This document shows, in pieces, positions 1 to 7,444 of a DNA stretch of 34,294 bases. How positions within the stretch are numbered: position 1 is the first letter of the stretch; each line of letters opens with the position of its first letter. A program made the translations under genes and the position numbers. A model generated the notes under the pieces. The model did not search any database. It had not been told where the DNA came from and saw nothing but the letters and a program-made list of their open reading frames with translations. Source of the stretch: a virus (taxonomy: Duplodnaviria > Caudoviricetes); the IMG/VR virus record IMGVR_UViG_3300044580_000574, positions 1 to 34,294 of that record, one strand, 5' to 3'.

Positions 1-1353
1 ATGCAAGAACAAGAATTTACCGTTTACCCTCGAAACGGTGTCTATTACGTCCAATTCAGGGACCCTGTAACAGGTCTTCGCGGCGAGCAACGATCAACCA
101 GAAAAAAGACATTAAGCGAGGCGTATGCCGTTATCGCTGACTGGAAGCGAAATGGGATAAGCCAAACCCCGGATGAAGAGGCCAAATCCTTACAGGAAGA
201 GATGGCGGTAAGTTCATTTCTAAAAGTTGTTCGTTCAAAGAAGCTTAAAACCGAAAGCTTAGAACGCATCGTCTCAACACTAAAAGAAACTAAATACCTT
301 ACCGCCGCCCTAATAGTCGATTCAGATGCAACCGCGAGGCTCGTTGAGTATCAGAAAGGCTTCTGGGATTATGACGAATCAGCATATATCAAAGATAAGC
401 TTTTGCACGGTCAAAGAATTGGCCGCTACCATGCGCTTGATTGCCAGCACCGTATTCGTTATTGGGAAGAGTATTTTGGCAAGGAAATTAGAATCGGTGA
501 AATTACACGTAAACACATCCGGGATTTTTCTCTCTGGATTGCAGAGAAACAGGTTGGCGGCAATAGGGGAAAGAAGTTCAAGAAGGAGCTTCCCAAAAAG
601 CGTATTTCGCATGCAACGATCAACGGAATCATGAACGCTGGATGCTTGCCGATCAAATGGGCATATCTGCATGATGAAATTCCCATGGACCCTACAAAAG
701 GACTAATGCGGTTTTCTGGGGAAGCTAAAAAGCGGGGAATCCTTACAGAATCAGAGGCACAAAAGCTTTTTTGTGTTGAATGGAATGATGAAAGAGCAAA
801 GTTAGGATCAAAGTTATCGATGACTTCTGGACTTAGATCGGGAGAAATCCTCGCTCTGCGGCGTGAGGATATCGGGGAAGATCGGATTTATGTCCGGCAC
901 TCATGGTCTGTAAAAGATGGACTTAAAGGCACTAAAACCTCAAAGGAACGGATTGCTCCGCTGATTCCATCGATTCGGGAAGAATTGCTTGCATTGGCTG
1001 ACTCGAATCCTCATGGACCTGACGGCTTTATCTTCTATGGCCTTTTACCAGATAAACCGATGGTTGGAAATATTTTTCTCGATGAGTTCTATACTGCTTT
1101 GGAGAAAATCGGAATTACCGAGGAAGAACGCAAGGAACGAGGCCTTTGCTTCCACTCGTGGAGGCATTACTTCACTGCCCAGCTCGCGGCGAAACTCGAT
1201 GCCCGAATAGTGCAACATGCAACAGGACATGCGACTACCGAAATGCTGGAACACTATGCTAATCACGAGCTTGAAGGGCAACTGAAAACCTTGAATAAGG
1301 CAGCCGGTGAGGTGTTTGGAAATGTAATCTCCTTTAATAAGAAGGCGGGGTGA
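1..1353 (+). CDS. int: Tyrosine recombinase / phage integrase
   Basis: Catalytic set GLRSGE (R), FHSWRH (HxxR), TGH (H), HYA (Y); N-terminal arm-binding-like segment RNGVYYVQFRD. Confidence 0.95.
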   Translation: MQEQEFTVYPRNGVYYVQFRDPVTGLRGEQRSTRKKTLSEAYAVIADWKRNGISQTPDEEAKSLQEEMAVSSFLKVVRSKKLKTESLERIVSTLKETKYLTAALIVDSDATARLVEYQKGFWDYDESAYIKDKLLHGQRIGRYHALDCQHRIRYWEEYFGKEIRIGEITRKHIRDFSLWIAEKQVGGNRGKKFKKELPKKRISHATINGIMNAGCLPIKWAYLHDEIPMDPTKGLMRFSGEAKKRGILTESEAQKLFCVEWNDERAKLGSKLSMTSGLRSGEILALRREDIGEDRIYVRHSWSVKDGLKGTKTSKERIAPLIPSIREELLALADSNPHGPDGFIFYGLLPDKPMVGNIFLDEFYTALEKIGITEEERKERGLCFHSWRHYFTAQLAAKLDARIVQHATGHATTEMLEHYANHELEGQLKTLNKAAGEVFGNVISFNKKAG

Positions 1354-1389
1354 GGTGCGATTTGTCCTTTATAGGGAAGGAAGGCATAA

Positions 1390-1461
1390 AAGAGTACCTT
1401 CCATGAAGGAAAGATCGTCAAAGCAGAAGAATGGAAACAGGTTTGTGCTAAGGACAAGTGA
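1390..1461 (+). pseudogene. Remnant of a DUF2292/YezD-like small gene
   Basis: Reads KSTFHEGKIVKAEEWKQVCAKDK*, preceded by an in-frame TAA at 1387-1389. Similar to ORF 3714..3890 (28/36 nt over 1396-1431 vs 3816-3851). Confidence 0.55.
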
Positions 1462-1509
1462 AAGCTGAAATAATGCTGTACTCTTATACACTTCGGTGTA
1501 GGATATAGC

Positions 1510-2361
1510 ATGCGAAAAGCCAAACATCTTTTTTTGCTTATCTGTTTCCTTTTCACTGCTTTTCTTGTGGCTGCCCAGGATCGAGTCTCTATAGCTTCTT
1601 TTAATCTTCAGATTTTTGGGCAATCTAAAGTGTCAAAGGTCGATGTGCTAGGAGAGATTGCATCGATAATACGGCAGTTTGACCTTGTAGCGATCCAAGA
1701 GATTAGGAACAAAGACGAAACCGCGATCCTCACGCTCATGAACGCCGTTAATGCTGAAGGTCGGGAGTATTCATTTATAGTCGGTCCGCGTCTCGGAAGG
1801 ACTAATAGCAAAGAACAATACGCTTATATATACAGGGAATCTGTCTTTAAATCCGTAGGAGAGCCTACTACATGGCTTGATGATGGCGATTTGTTCGAAC
1901 GAGAGCCGTTTCTGTGTAAGTTTCAGACAGTTGAAGGGAATCTAGATTTCGTTTTAGTAAACATCCATACAAAGCCTGAAGATGCAGGAACTGAAATTGG
2001 CCTCCTTTCGAACGTCATGGCATACGCATCGCAGACCTATGAAGAGCCGGATGTCCTCTGCCTTGGTGACTGGAATGCGGATGGTTCATACTACGATGAA
2101 GCAGAGTATTCTGTTTTGTTCCCAATGGATCAGTACATCTGGATTATTCCAAATGATGCCGATACGACGGTTGCTGAAAAGAGTAATGCGTATGATCGGA
2201 TGGCGGGGACTATGACCATGAAAGAGGATTGGACAGGTGATTGGGGAGTGCTACGGTTCGACCAGTTTCCAAGTGTTGCCGTTAAGGGGTTAAAGCCAAA
2301 GGATATCAGCGATCATTTCCCAATATGGGCAGTACTCTATACAACAAAAGACACAGACTAA
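1510..2361 (+). CDS. Secreted DNase I-like endonuclease/exonuclease/phosphatase
   Basis: Signal peptide, then DNase I-type motifs FNLQIFG, IQEIR, KEQYAYIY, FEREPF, IHTKP, GDWNAD, YDR, ISDHFPI. Confidence 0.92.
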   Translation: MRKAKHLFLLICFLFTAFLVAAQDRVSIASFNLQIFGQSKVSKVDVLGEIASIIRQFDLVAIQEIRNKDETAILTLMNAVNAEGREYSFIVGPRLGRTNSKEQYAYIYRESVFKSVGEPTTWLDDGDLFEREPFLCKFQTVEGNLDFVLVNIHTKPEDAGTEIGLLSNVMAYASQTYEEPDVLCLGDWNADGSYYDEAEYSVLFPMDQYIWIIPNDADTTVAEKSNAYDRMAGTMTMKEDWTGDWGVLRFDQFPSVAVKGLKPKDISDHFPIWAVLYTTKDTD

Positions 2362-2460
2362 TCGTGTGAAAGGATAAAATTGTTAATAAAAAGCCTCCTT
2401 ATTTCTTTGTTTATGGTATATTATCATAATTGGTTAAAATCTTTACTAAAGGTGCTAGCT

Positions 2461-3681
2461 TTGAAAAAAATGTTTAGTTTGCTTTCTCTTTGCTTTTTCG
2501 TAAGCCTGGTTGGGGCAGAGAGTCCACAGTTAGCAAATTTATCTATTACCATTGGAAACTTACGAATTTTCTATAATGGAGACGATGTAGCATCGCCTCT
2601 GCAATACATCGAAATGGAAGTTCAATTTGAGGATAAGCGAAAGATAATCGCATTAACCCTACATGACGATGAGGCAACAAAATCAAGCCTCTTATTAAAT
2701 AAAAACGGTTATTACTTTGAAACTGATAATTCTATTTGGACATTGACATCGACATGGACGTTTTCTAACAATACTGAAGAAATTATTAAGAGTGAAAAGT
2801 ACAATGGGATAACACTCATTGATGACCAGTATGACGAGTACAATTTTGATACTTCTGTAATTATCGGTACTATCAATACTTTTTATAAAATGCTTGAATT
2901 AGCTGATCAAAATAAAATTATTACTGGAAATACTGCGATACAGAGTAGCAATGAAGTTGCTCTAGCTAGTCAGAGTGAACCTAGCTCAGATGATAACAAG
3001 AGTTCCACTACGCTCGATACACCCGGCACGGAGCCGATTCCATTCGAACCCTGGGTGCCCGGCCAAAGGGAGCAGGGTTCCCATATAAGCCAAACCTCCA
3101 CCATGCTCTACGTGTCCGGAAAAGGACTCGTGCCCTATTCGGGCGATACGGTTACCATACGCAAGTCCGAAAAAGGCAGTTCTTCGGATACAACCCTGGG
3201 AGGATCCCAGGGAACCGTCGGGCAGAACATTTATCAGCCCATCTACTCTAGCCTTCCGCTTCCCCAAACTGTTCCTGTGTCGGTTTTTAATGCCATTCCT
3301 GATTTGATAATGCCCCCCCATATCGTCATCTACACAGCCAAGTCCAGGAAGCAAGCTTTTACCTCCTACTACGAGTTAGACGGCTCGGTATATAGGCTCA
3401 AAGCCGATGTCCCTCTGGAACAGCGGGAACCCCTCTGGCAGATTCTGGAGGATGCTGGTTTCGATCCGACTAAAACCGAATACAGGAAAGGTAGAACACT
3501 AAATCCCGTAGTTATAAGCTTTAATATTACCAAGCTTGATCAGCTCAGAGACACTAAAGTACTTCAATCCTCGGGTGAGCCTCAGATAGACGAAGCTGTT
3601 CTCTATGGCTTTAGACGCACTATATTCTGGAACAAGACAGGCGAAACCGTGCCTGGGCACTTTACATATAGGTTTGAATAA
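2461..3681 (+). CDS. Exported protein with a C-terminal TonB-C-like domain (apparent chimera)
   Basis: Likely TTG start at 2461 giving the signal peptide MKKMFSLLSLCFFVSLVGA. C-terminus VLQSSGEPQIDEAVLYGFRR...GHFTYRF resembles TonB-C. The 5' half is AT-rich and the 3' half, from about 2990, is GC-richer. Confidence 0.65.
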   Translation: MKKMFSLLSLCFFVSLVGAESPQLANLSITIGNLRIFYNGDDVASPLQYIEMEVQFEDKRKIIALTLHDDEATKSSLLLNKNGYYFETDNSIWTLTSTWTFSNNTEEIIKSEKYNGITLIDDQYDEYNFDTSVIIGTINTFYKMLELADQNKIITGNTAIQSSNEVALASQSEPSSDDNKSSTTLDTPGTEPIPFEPWVPGQREQGSHISQTSTMLYVSGKGLVPYSGDTVTIRKSEKGSSSDTTLGGSQGTVGQNIYQPIYSSLPLPQTVPVSVFNAIPDLIMPPHIVIYTAKSRKQAFTSYYELDGSVYRLKADVPLEQREPLWQILEDAGFDPTKTEYRKGRTLNPVVISFNITKLDQLRDTKVLQSSGEPQIDEAVLYGFRRTIFWNKTGETVPGHFTYRFE

Positions 3682-3713
3682 TTTTTTTTGAAAATCTTGA
3701 TATTTAAACTATT

Positions 3714-3890
3714 ATGAATTATTATTTAATTTGTAATAGTGATAGAATTTACCGGGAGTCTACAGGAAACCTTATTTCTTGGGCACCTGACTTTGGATCG
3801 ATAGAGATAAAGATCACCTTTCATGAAGGGAAGATTGCGAAGACGGAAGAACGAAGAACGATTACTGTACTGAGGTCTAGTGAAAGCTAG
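3714..3890 (+). CDS. 58-aa DUF2292/YezD-like small protein (not in the supplied ORF track)
   Basis: ATG 3714 to TAG 3890 translated by hand: MNYYLICNSDRIYRESTGNLISWAPDFGSIEIKITFHEGKIAKTEERRTITVLRSSES. The FGSIEI..HEGKI..EE pattern resembles DUF2292. Start uncertain. Confidence 0.5.
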   Translation: MNYYLICNSDRIYRESTGNLISWAPDFGSIEIKITFHEGKIAKTEERRTITVLRSSES

Positions 3891-3894
3891 TTTA

Positions 3895-5295
3895 TTAGTT
3901 TCGCAGTCTTTCATCAGGGAATTCTTTAGTGTTCTTTTCTGTCATTATCAAGTTGTCGGTTAAAAAAAATCGCATAATCTCTTTTTCATTCTCTTTTCTA
4001 TAATATTCTATTGTTTCTTGATCCCAATTGCTACAATTCATAAGTATAAAATCTTCTGATAAGTTTTCTGAAATTCTTGGTGGTTCTACAGCGATTCCAA
4101 TAATTGTTTGAAGGTTACTAAATTTACTTTTTGCTGCTGCGCATGCAATTTCAAGCATGTACTTTCTAATTTCTCTATATTTGAATCCGTAACTATTTTC
4201 TTTAGGTGCTTTTAATTGAAGAAAAACGTAACCTTTTCCGGGATAAAATGATGGCATAAAAGTTAAATTCCTTATGATCGGGTTCTCGTTAGATGGGAAC
4301 TTTATAATTGCATTGTTCATTGCATCTGAAAGTGCTCGTCTTGAAAATCTTGGTTCTTTGGCCATTTCAAATATAGCGTTTTCCCCAGAGAACATATTTG
4401 AATTTCCTCCTAGAGTTTCCTCCAATGCATTATTGCATGTTTTAGTAATTATTTTGTCCCATAAATATGAATTTCGATCAGCTGCTTTCTTTGCAATATA
4501 CGCTGGTGTTTTTATAAAATCGTTCCACTCACCTTCTCCAATATGTATAGCATCTATTTCTTCTTTTTCAGTTCCAATGTAGTGACTGTTATTAATTTCA
4601 TTAAAATTGCATAAGTAGTGCGCTAATAAATCTTCTTCTCCACAATAAGAAAAGTACATATATTTTTTTATAGCTCTTTCTTTTTCTACAATATAACTTT
4701 TAAAATCAAAAAAAGTATCTAACTCCGATAATATTATGCTAAAATTATATGAATCAAAAATATGTACGGGATTATTGCGATCAATTGAGACTAAAAATGG
4801 TGTTTGTGAATCTATATTATAATCATTTTTATGAATACCTTTATATATAATAGCTAGACTCCCATTAATATTAGCACTAGAGATATTCTTACATGCCTCA
4901 TCAGCCCCATGAGCAATTAATATTTTATGAATTTGAATATTATTACAATCATATGGAATCGGGAATTTTCTTTTCAAATCTTTATTAATAAATACATCTC
5001 TTTTACTTTTTATATACCTTTCAGCGCCGTGACAAGACTTTATTTGAGCAACTACAACATCTCGATACCATCTATTCCATACAATACTTGTATTACTTAA
5101 TATTTCTTTTCCAATGAATTTTTCTCTATCGAAAAATATAAACATATGGTTATCAAATATTGCTAAAAGATCGCAAAGCTCTTTTTTATCGTCTCTATAT
5201 GGGTTTGCGTAACTCCATAATCTTAAAAATGTTTTATCACACATTTGCGCAAGAAATGATTCTGTATGAGTTATTCCATGTGATTTTTCTATCAT
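3895..5295 (-). CDS. Hypothetical protein with a NERD/PD-(D/E)xK-like N-terminal region
   Basis: 466-aa low-GC ORF; KELCDLLAIFDNHMFIFFDRE followed by a helix containing Q (AQIK) resembles a nuclease-fold motif. Confidence 0.55.
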   Translation of the reverse strand: MIEKSHGITHTESFLAQMCDKTFLRLWSYANPYRDDKKELCDLLAIFDNHMFIFFDREKFIGKEILSNTSIVWNRWYRDVVVAQIKSCHGAERYIKSKRDVFINKDLKRKFPIPYDCNNIQIHKILIAHGADEACKNISSANINGSLAIIYKGIHKNDYNIDSQTPFLVSIDRNNPVHIFDSYNFSIILSELDTFFDFKSYIVEKERAIKKYMYFSYCGEEDLLAHYLCNFNEINNSHYIGTEKEEIDAIHIGEGEWNDFIKTPAYIAKKAADRNSYLWDKIITKTCNNALEETLGGNSNMFSGENAIFEMAKEPRFSRRALSDAMNNAIIKFPSNENPIIRNLTFMPSFYPGKGYVFLQLKAPKENSYGFKYREIRKYMLEIACAAAKSKFSNLQTIIGIAVEPPRISENLSEDFILMNCSNWDQETIEYYRKENEKEIMRFFLTDNLIMTEKNTKEFPDERLRN

Positions 5296-5479
5296 AAGAT
5301 TCCTCTATAATTGATTTAGAATTCTTTAACAGTAATGTCTTAAATCAATATTGAAAGAATGAGCTATTATATTACATCTAAAATAAAAGTATAACTATAG
5401 AAAGTTTTAATAATTAAAAAAACTTGATGTACTACTAAAAAGCAAATTATAAAATAATAATGAGAAATATTACATCATC

Positions 5480-5932
5480 TTAAAAACCATATATTAAGAT
5501 CATAAAGCTGCTAATAAAAGTTACTGAAACGCTAATGAATGCAAATACTTTCCAAATTACAAGTTCAATAACTGATAATCTTGTTGTCTGGATGGTCTGG
5601 GTCAATTTTTTGTCTAAGGCTTTCAAATATTCTTCTAAGGACTCTAACCGCTGCGAGAGCGCGTTCACGCTCTCCTGCAATTCTTGAGATTTCTGGTAGA
5701 GTTCTGGCAAGCTCTTCGACAAGCTCTCCACTGGCTCGCCTTGCGCTATCAAGCTCTCTTCGATAATCTTCAGCGACTCGTCTGCTTTCTGCCAAAGCTC
5801 CGAGGGTGTCATTGTAGAGGTTTCGCTGGTTCCTAAGGAGTCCTGAGTAGTAGCCAAAGGCCGTGCCTCCCCCCAGGACAACGCCAACGATGAAAGCAAA
5901 AACAACATTACGAAGGGTATTTTTCTCCACAT
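5480..5932 (-). CDS. Spanin-like protein: signal peptide, coiled coil, C-terminal transmembrane helix
   Basis: MWRKIPFVMLFLLSSLALSWG signal, heptad-rich middle, hydrophobic C-terminus. Last gene of the lysis cassette; no Cys. Confidence 0.55.
   Translation of the reverse strand: MWRKIPFVMLFLLSSLALSWGEARPLATTQDSLGTSETSTMTPSELWQKADESLKIIEESLIAQGEPVESLSKSLPELYQKSQELQESVNALSQRLESLEEYLKALDKKLTQTIQTTRLSVIELVIWKVFAFISVSVTFISSFMILIYGF
5565..5930 (-). CDS. i-spanin-like (Rz-like) protein: N-terminal TM plus coiled coil, nested in 5480..5932
   Basis: Likely GTG start overlapping the ATG of 5480..5932 (ATGTG). TM VVFAFIVGVVLGGGTAFGYY, then a charged helical domain. Confidence 0.6.
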   Translation of the reverse strand: MEKNTLRNVVFAFIVGVVLGGGTAFGYYSGLLRNQRNLYNDTLGALAESRRVAEDYRRELDSARRASGELVEELARTLPEISRIAGERERALAAVRVLRRIFESLRQKIDPDHPDNKIISY

Positions 5933-6153
5933 TCCATCTCTCTATCAAGTTCAGGGCGGTAAAAACGCCCCTTTAAGGCATTGTCAGCGACATTCCCGCC
6001 GATGTACCCGACTGTGGCGAAGCTGATCGCATACACGATAGGACCGCCTACGATGCTAAGGGTTTCGGGGGAAGTGTAGAGGGTCACGAGGTACAACCCG
6101 GTAAGGATGATGATCCCGGTTCTCCACGATTCGGACTTGCGTACTTGCTTCAT
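5908..6153 (-). CDS. Holin-like membrane protein
   Basis: 81 aa with two hydrophobic segments, YIGGNV and a charged tail; start overlaps the endolysin stop. Confidence 0.6.
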   Translation of the reverse strand: MKQVRKSESWRTGIIILTGLYLVTLYTSPETLSIVGGPIVYAISFATVGYIGGNVADNALKGRFYRPELDREMECGEKYPS

Positions 6154-6641
6154 GCGGCCTTCTCTTCGAAGTGGGGGCAGTCTCTACGCCCCTTCCAGCG
6201 TGATCCCGGCTCAATCCTGTGGGCTACCGCAATTTCAGCCATGATCTCCCACCCAGGCCAGGAAGGAGGCGCCCACCAGAAGTTGACCCCATCTTTTGAA
6301 GGGGCGATATCGATAGCCAGGCCTTCCAAGTGCTTACTTTTCATCGTCCAGGTGTTAGGAGTCAGGGCTTCCCTATACCCGATGGCATAAAGACCTGCAC
6401 GCTTATACATGGCTTTGACGAAATCGATAGCCATTATGCGATATTCAGTAGCGGCATACTTCGCCATGAGCCTGGAAGCGTAGGCTAAGTGGACATCGAT
6501 ATCCCGCTTAGTTTCCACGATGAGGAATCGGGCTACCCCAAGCTTTTTCAAGCGAGGTTCGCTATTCAGGGCATTGAGAAGCTTTATAGCCTTTGTGCGA
6601 AACGGCTCCTGCAAGTCTGCGGTATTCCGGCTCATGCGCAT
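6150..6641 (-). CDS. Endolysin, M15-family (L-Ala-D-Glu-type) zinc peptidase
   Basis: SKHLEGLAID (SxH-x6-D) and DCPHFE motifs; position in the lysis cassette. Confidence 0.9.
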   Translation of the reverse strand: MRMSRNTADLQEPFRTKAIKLLNALNSEPRLKKLGVARFLIVETKRDIDVHLAYASRLMAKYAATEYRIMAIDFVKAMYKRAGLYAIGYREALTPNTWTMKSKHLEGLAIDIAPSKDGVNFWWAPPSWPGWEIMAEIAVAHRIEPGSRWKGRRDCPHFEEKAA

Positions 6642-6922
6642 TCCCGGTCAAGCTTCTTCTCGATCTTCCCTAAGCCTTCAAGTACGTACTTCATATCCCG
6701 CTTAATCTCGGTTAAGTCGATATTGCTTGCGTTGAATTTATCTTCAAGGATATATACCCGCTTTTTAAGGTCGGTTATGTCATCACGAAGTTGTGTATTT
6801 ACTTGTTCCCGCTTGCCGTCATTCATTGCCGTTGTTCGTTTTTCGATGCGAAAACGCTCAATGACGATGAGCGTTCCTAAAAGTGACGCGATGCCTACTA
6901 TCATTGATACACTGCTATTCAT
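6632..6922 (-). CDS. Holin/antiholin-like single-TM coiled-coil protein
   Basis: N-terminal TM (IVGIASLLGTLIVI) followed by a coiled coil; directly upstream of the endolysin. Confidence 0.55.
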   Translation of the reverse strand: MNSSVSMIVGIASLLGTLIVIERFRIEKRTTAMNDGKREQVNTQLRDDITDLKKRVYILEDKFNASNIDLTEIKRDMKYVLEGLGKIEKKLDRECA

Positions 6923-7176
6923 TTCGGTTCCAAAGGCCAGATGATGTTTTCAGGGAATCCTATTTGCTGAGGGACAGCACGCAATTCTTGGATATAGATT
7001 AGGATAGGTTCAAGCGGCTCTGTAGGCGGCAGCCCTAAGGCAAGTTCATCATTATGCCTGTCCCGCCGCCACTGGATCGCCTTTATTTTACTATCACGTT
7101 CCATTCGCAGAGTATTAGCAAGTGCAATTGTCCGTTCTTCTTCAATTTGCAATCGGGTCTTACCAGACAATTTCAT
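6919..7176 (-). CDS. Tail fibre assembly chaperone
   Basis: Likely start MKLSGKT at 7176 (GGAGG upstream); LRMERD...YIQELRAVPQQIGFPENIIWP matches tail-assembly chaperones. Confidence 0.8.
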   Translation of the reverse strand: MKLSGKTRLQIEEERTIALANTLRMERDSKIKAIQWRRDRHNDELALGLPPTEPLEPILIYIQELRAVPQQIGFPENIIWPLEPK

Positions 7177-7444
7177 GGTAGCCTCCGGTATCCCAGGGTT
7201 GGCATATTCGCGTGTAAAAACGCCTAACGGTAAGGAAAAGCTCACCATCTTCGCGGTGCGCCTCAAGAATTTTTTCTCCTGTCTGCGTCCTTATTTCTGG
7301 AAATTCAACAGAAAGCTCATCAAATTCAAAAGCCTTTCCGTCTATACAAACTGAATTTTTATCAAAAGGGATTATCTCGGTATCGGGTGAAGCATCAATG
7401 TTAGCGTATTCATTCCACTTAATTGGGCTGTATTTAATTTTCAT
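7160..7444 (-). CDS. Tail-fibre-associated hypothetical protein
   Basis: MKIKYSP...REDGELFLTV; lies between the tail fibre and its chaperone with coupled starts and stops. Confidence 0.65.
   Translation of the reverse strand: MKIKYSPIKWNEYANIDASPDTEIIPFDKNSVCIDGKAFEFDELSVEFPEIRTQTGEKILEAHREDGELFLTVRRFYTRICQPWDTGGYHEIVW

Noticed and set aside
7160-7266. Programmed frameshift joining the two ORFs after the tail fibre
   Set aside because: The downstream ORF has its own GGAGG and ATG at 7176, so ordinary overlap suffices.
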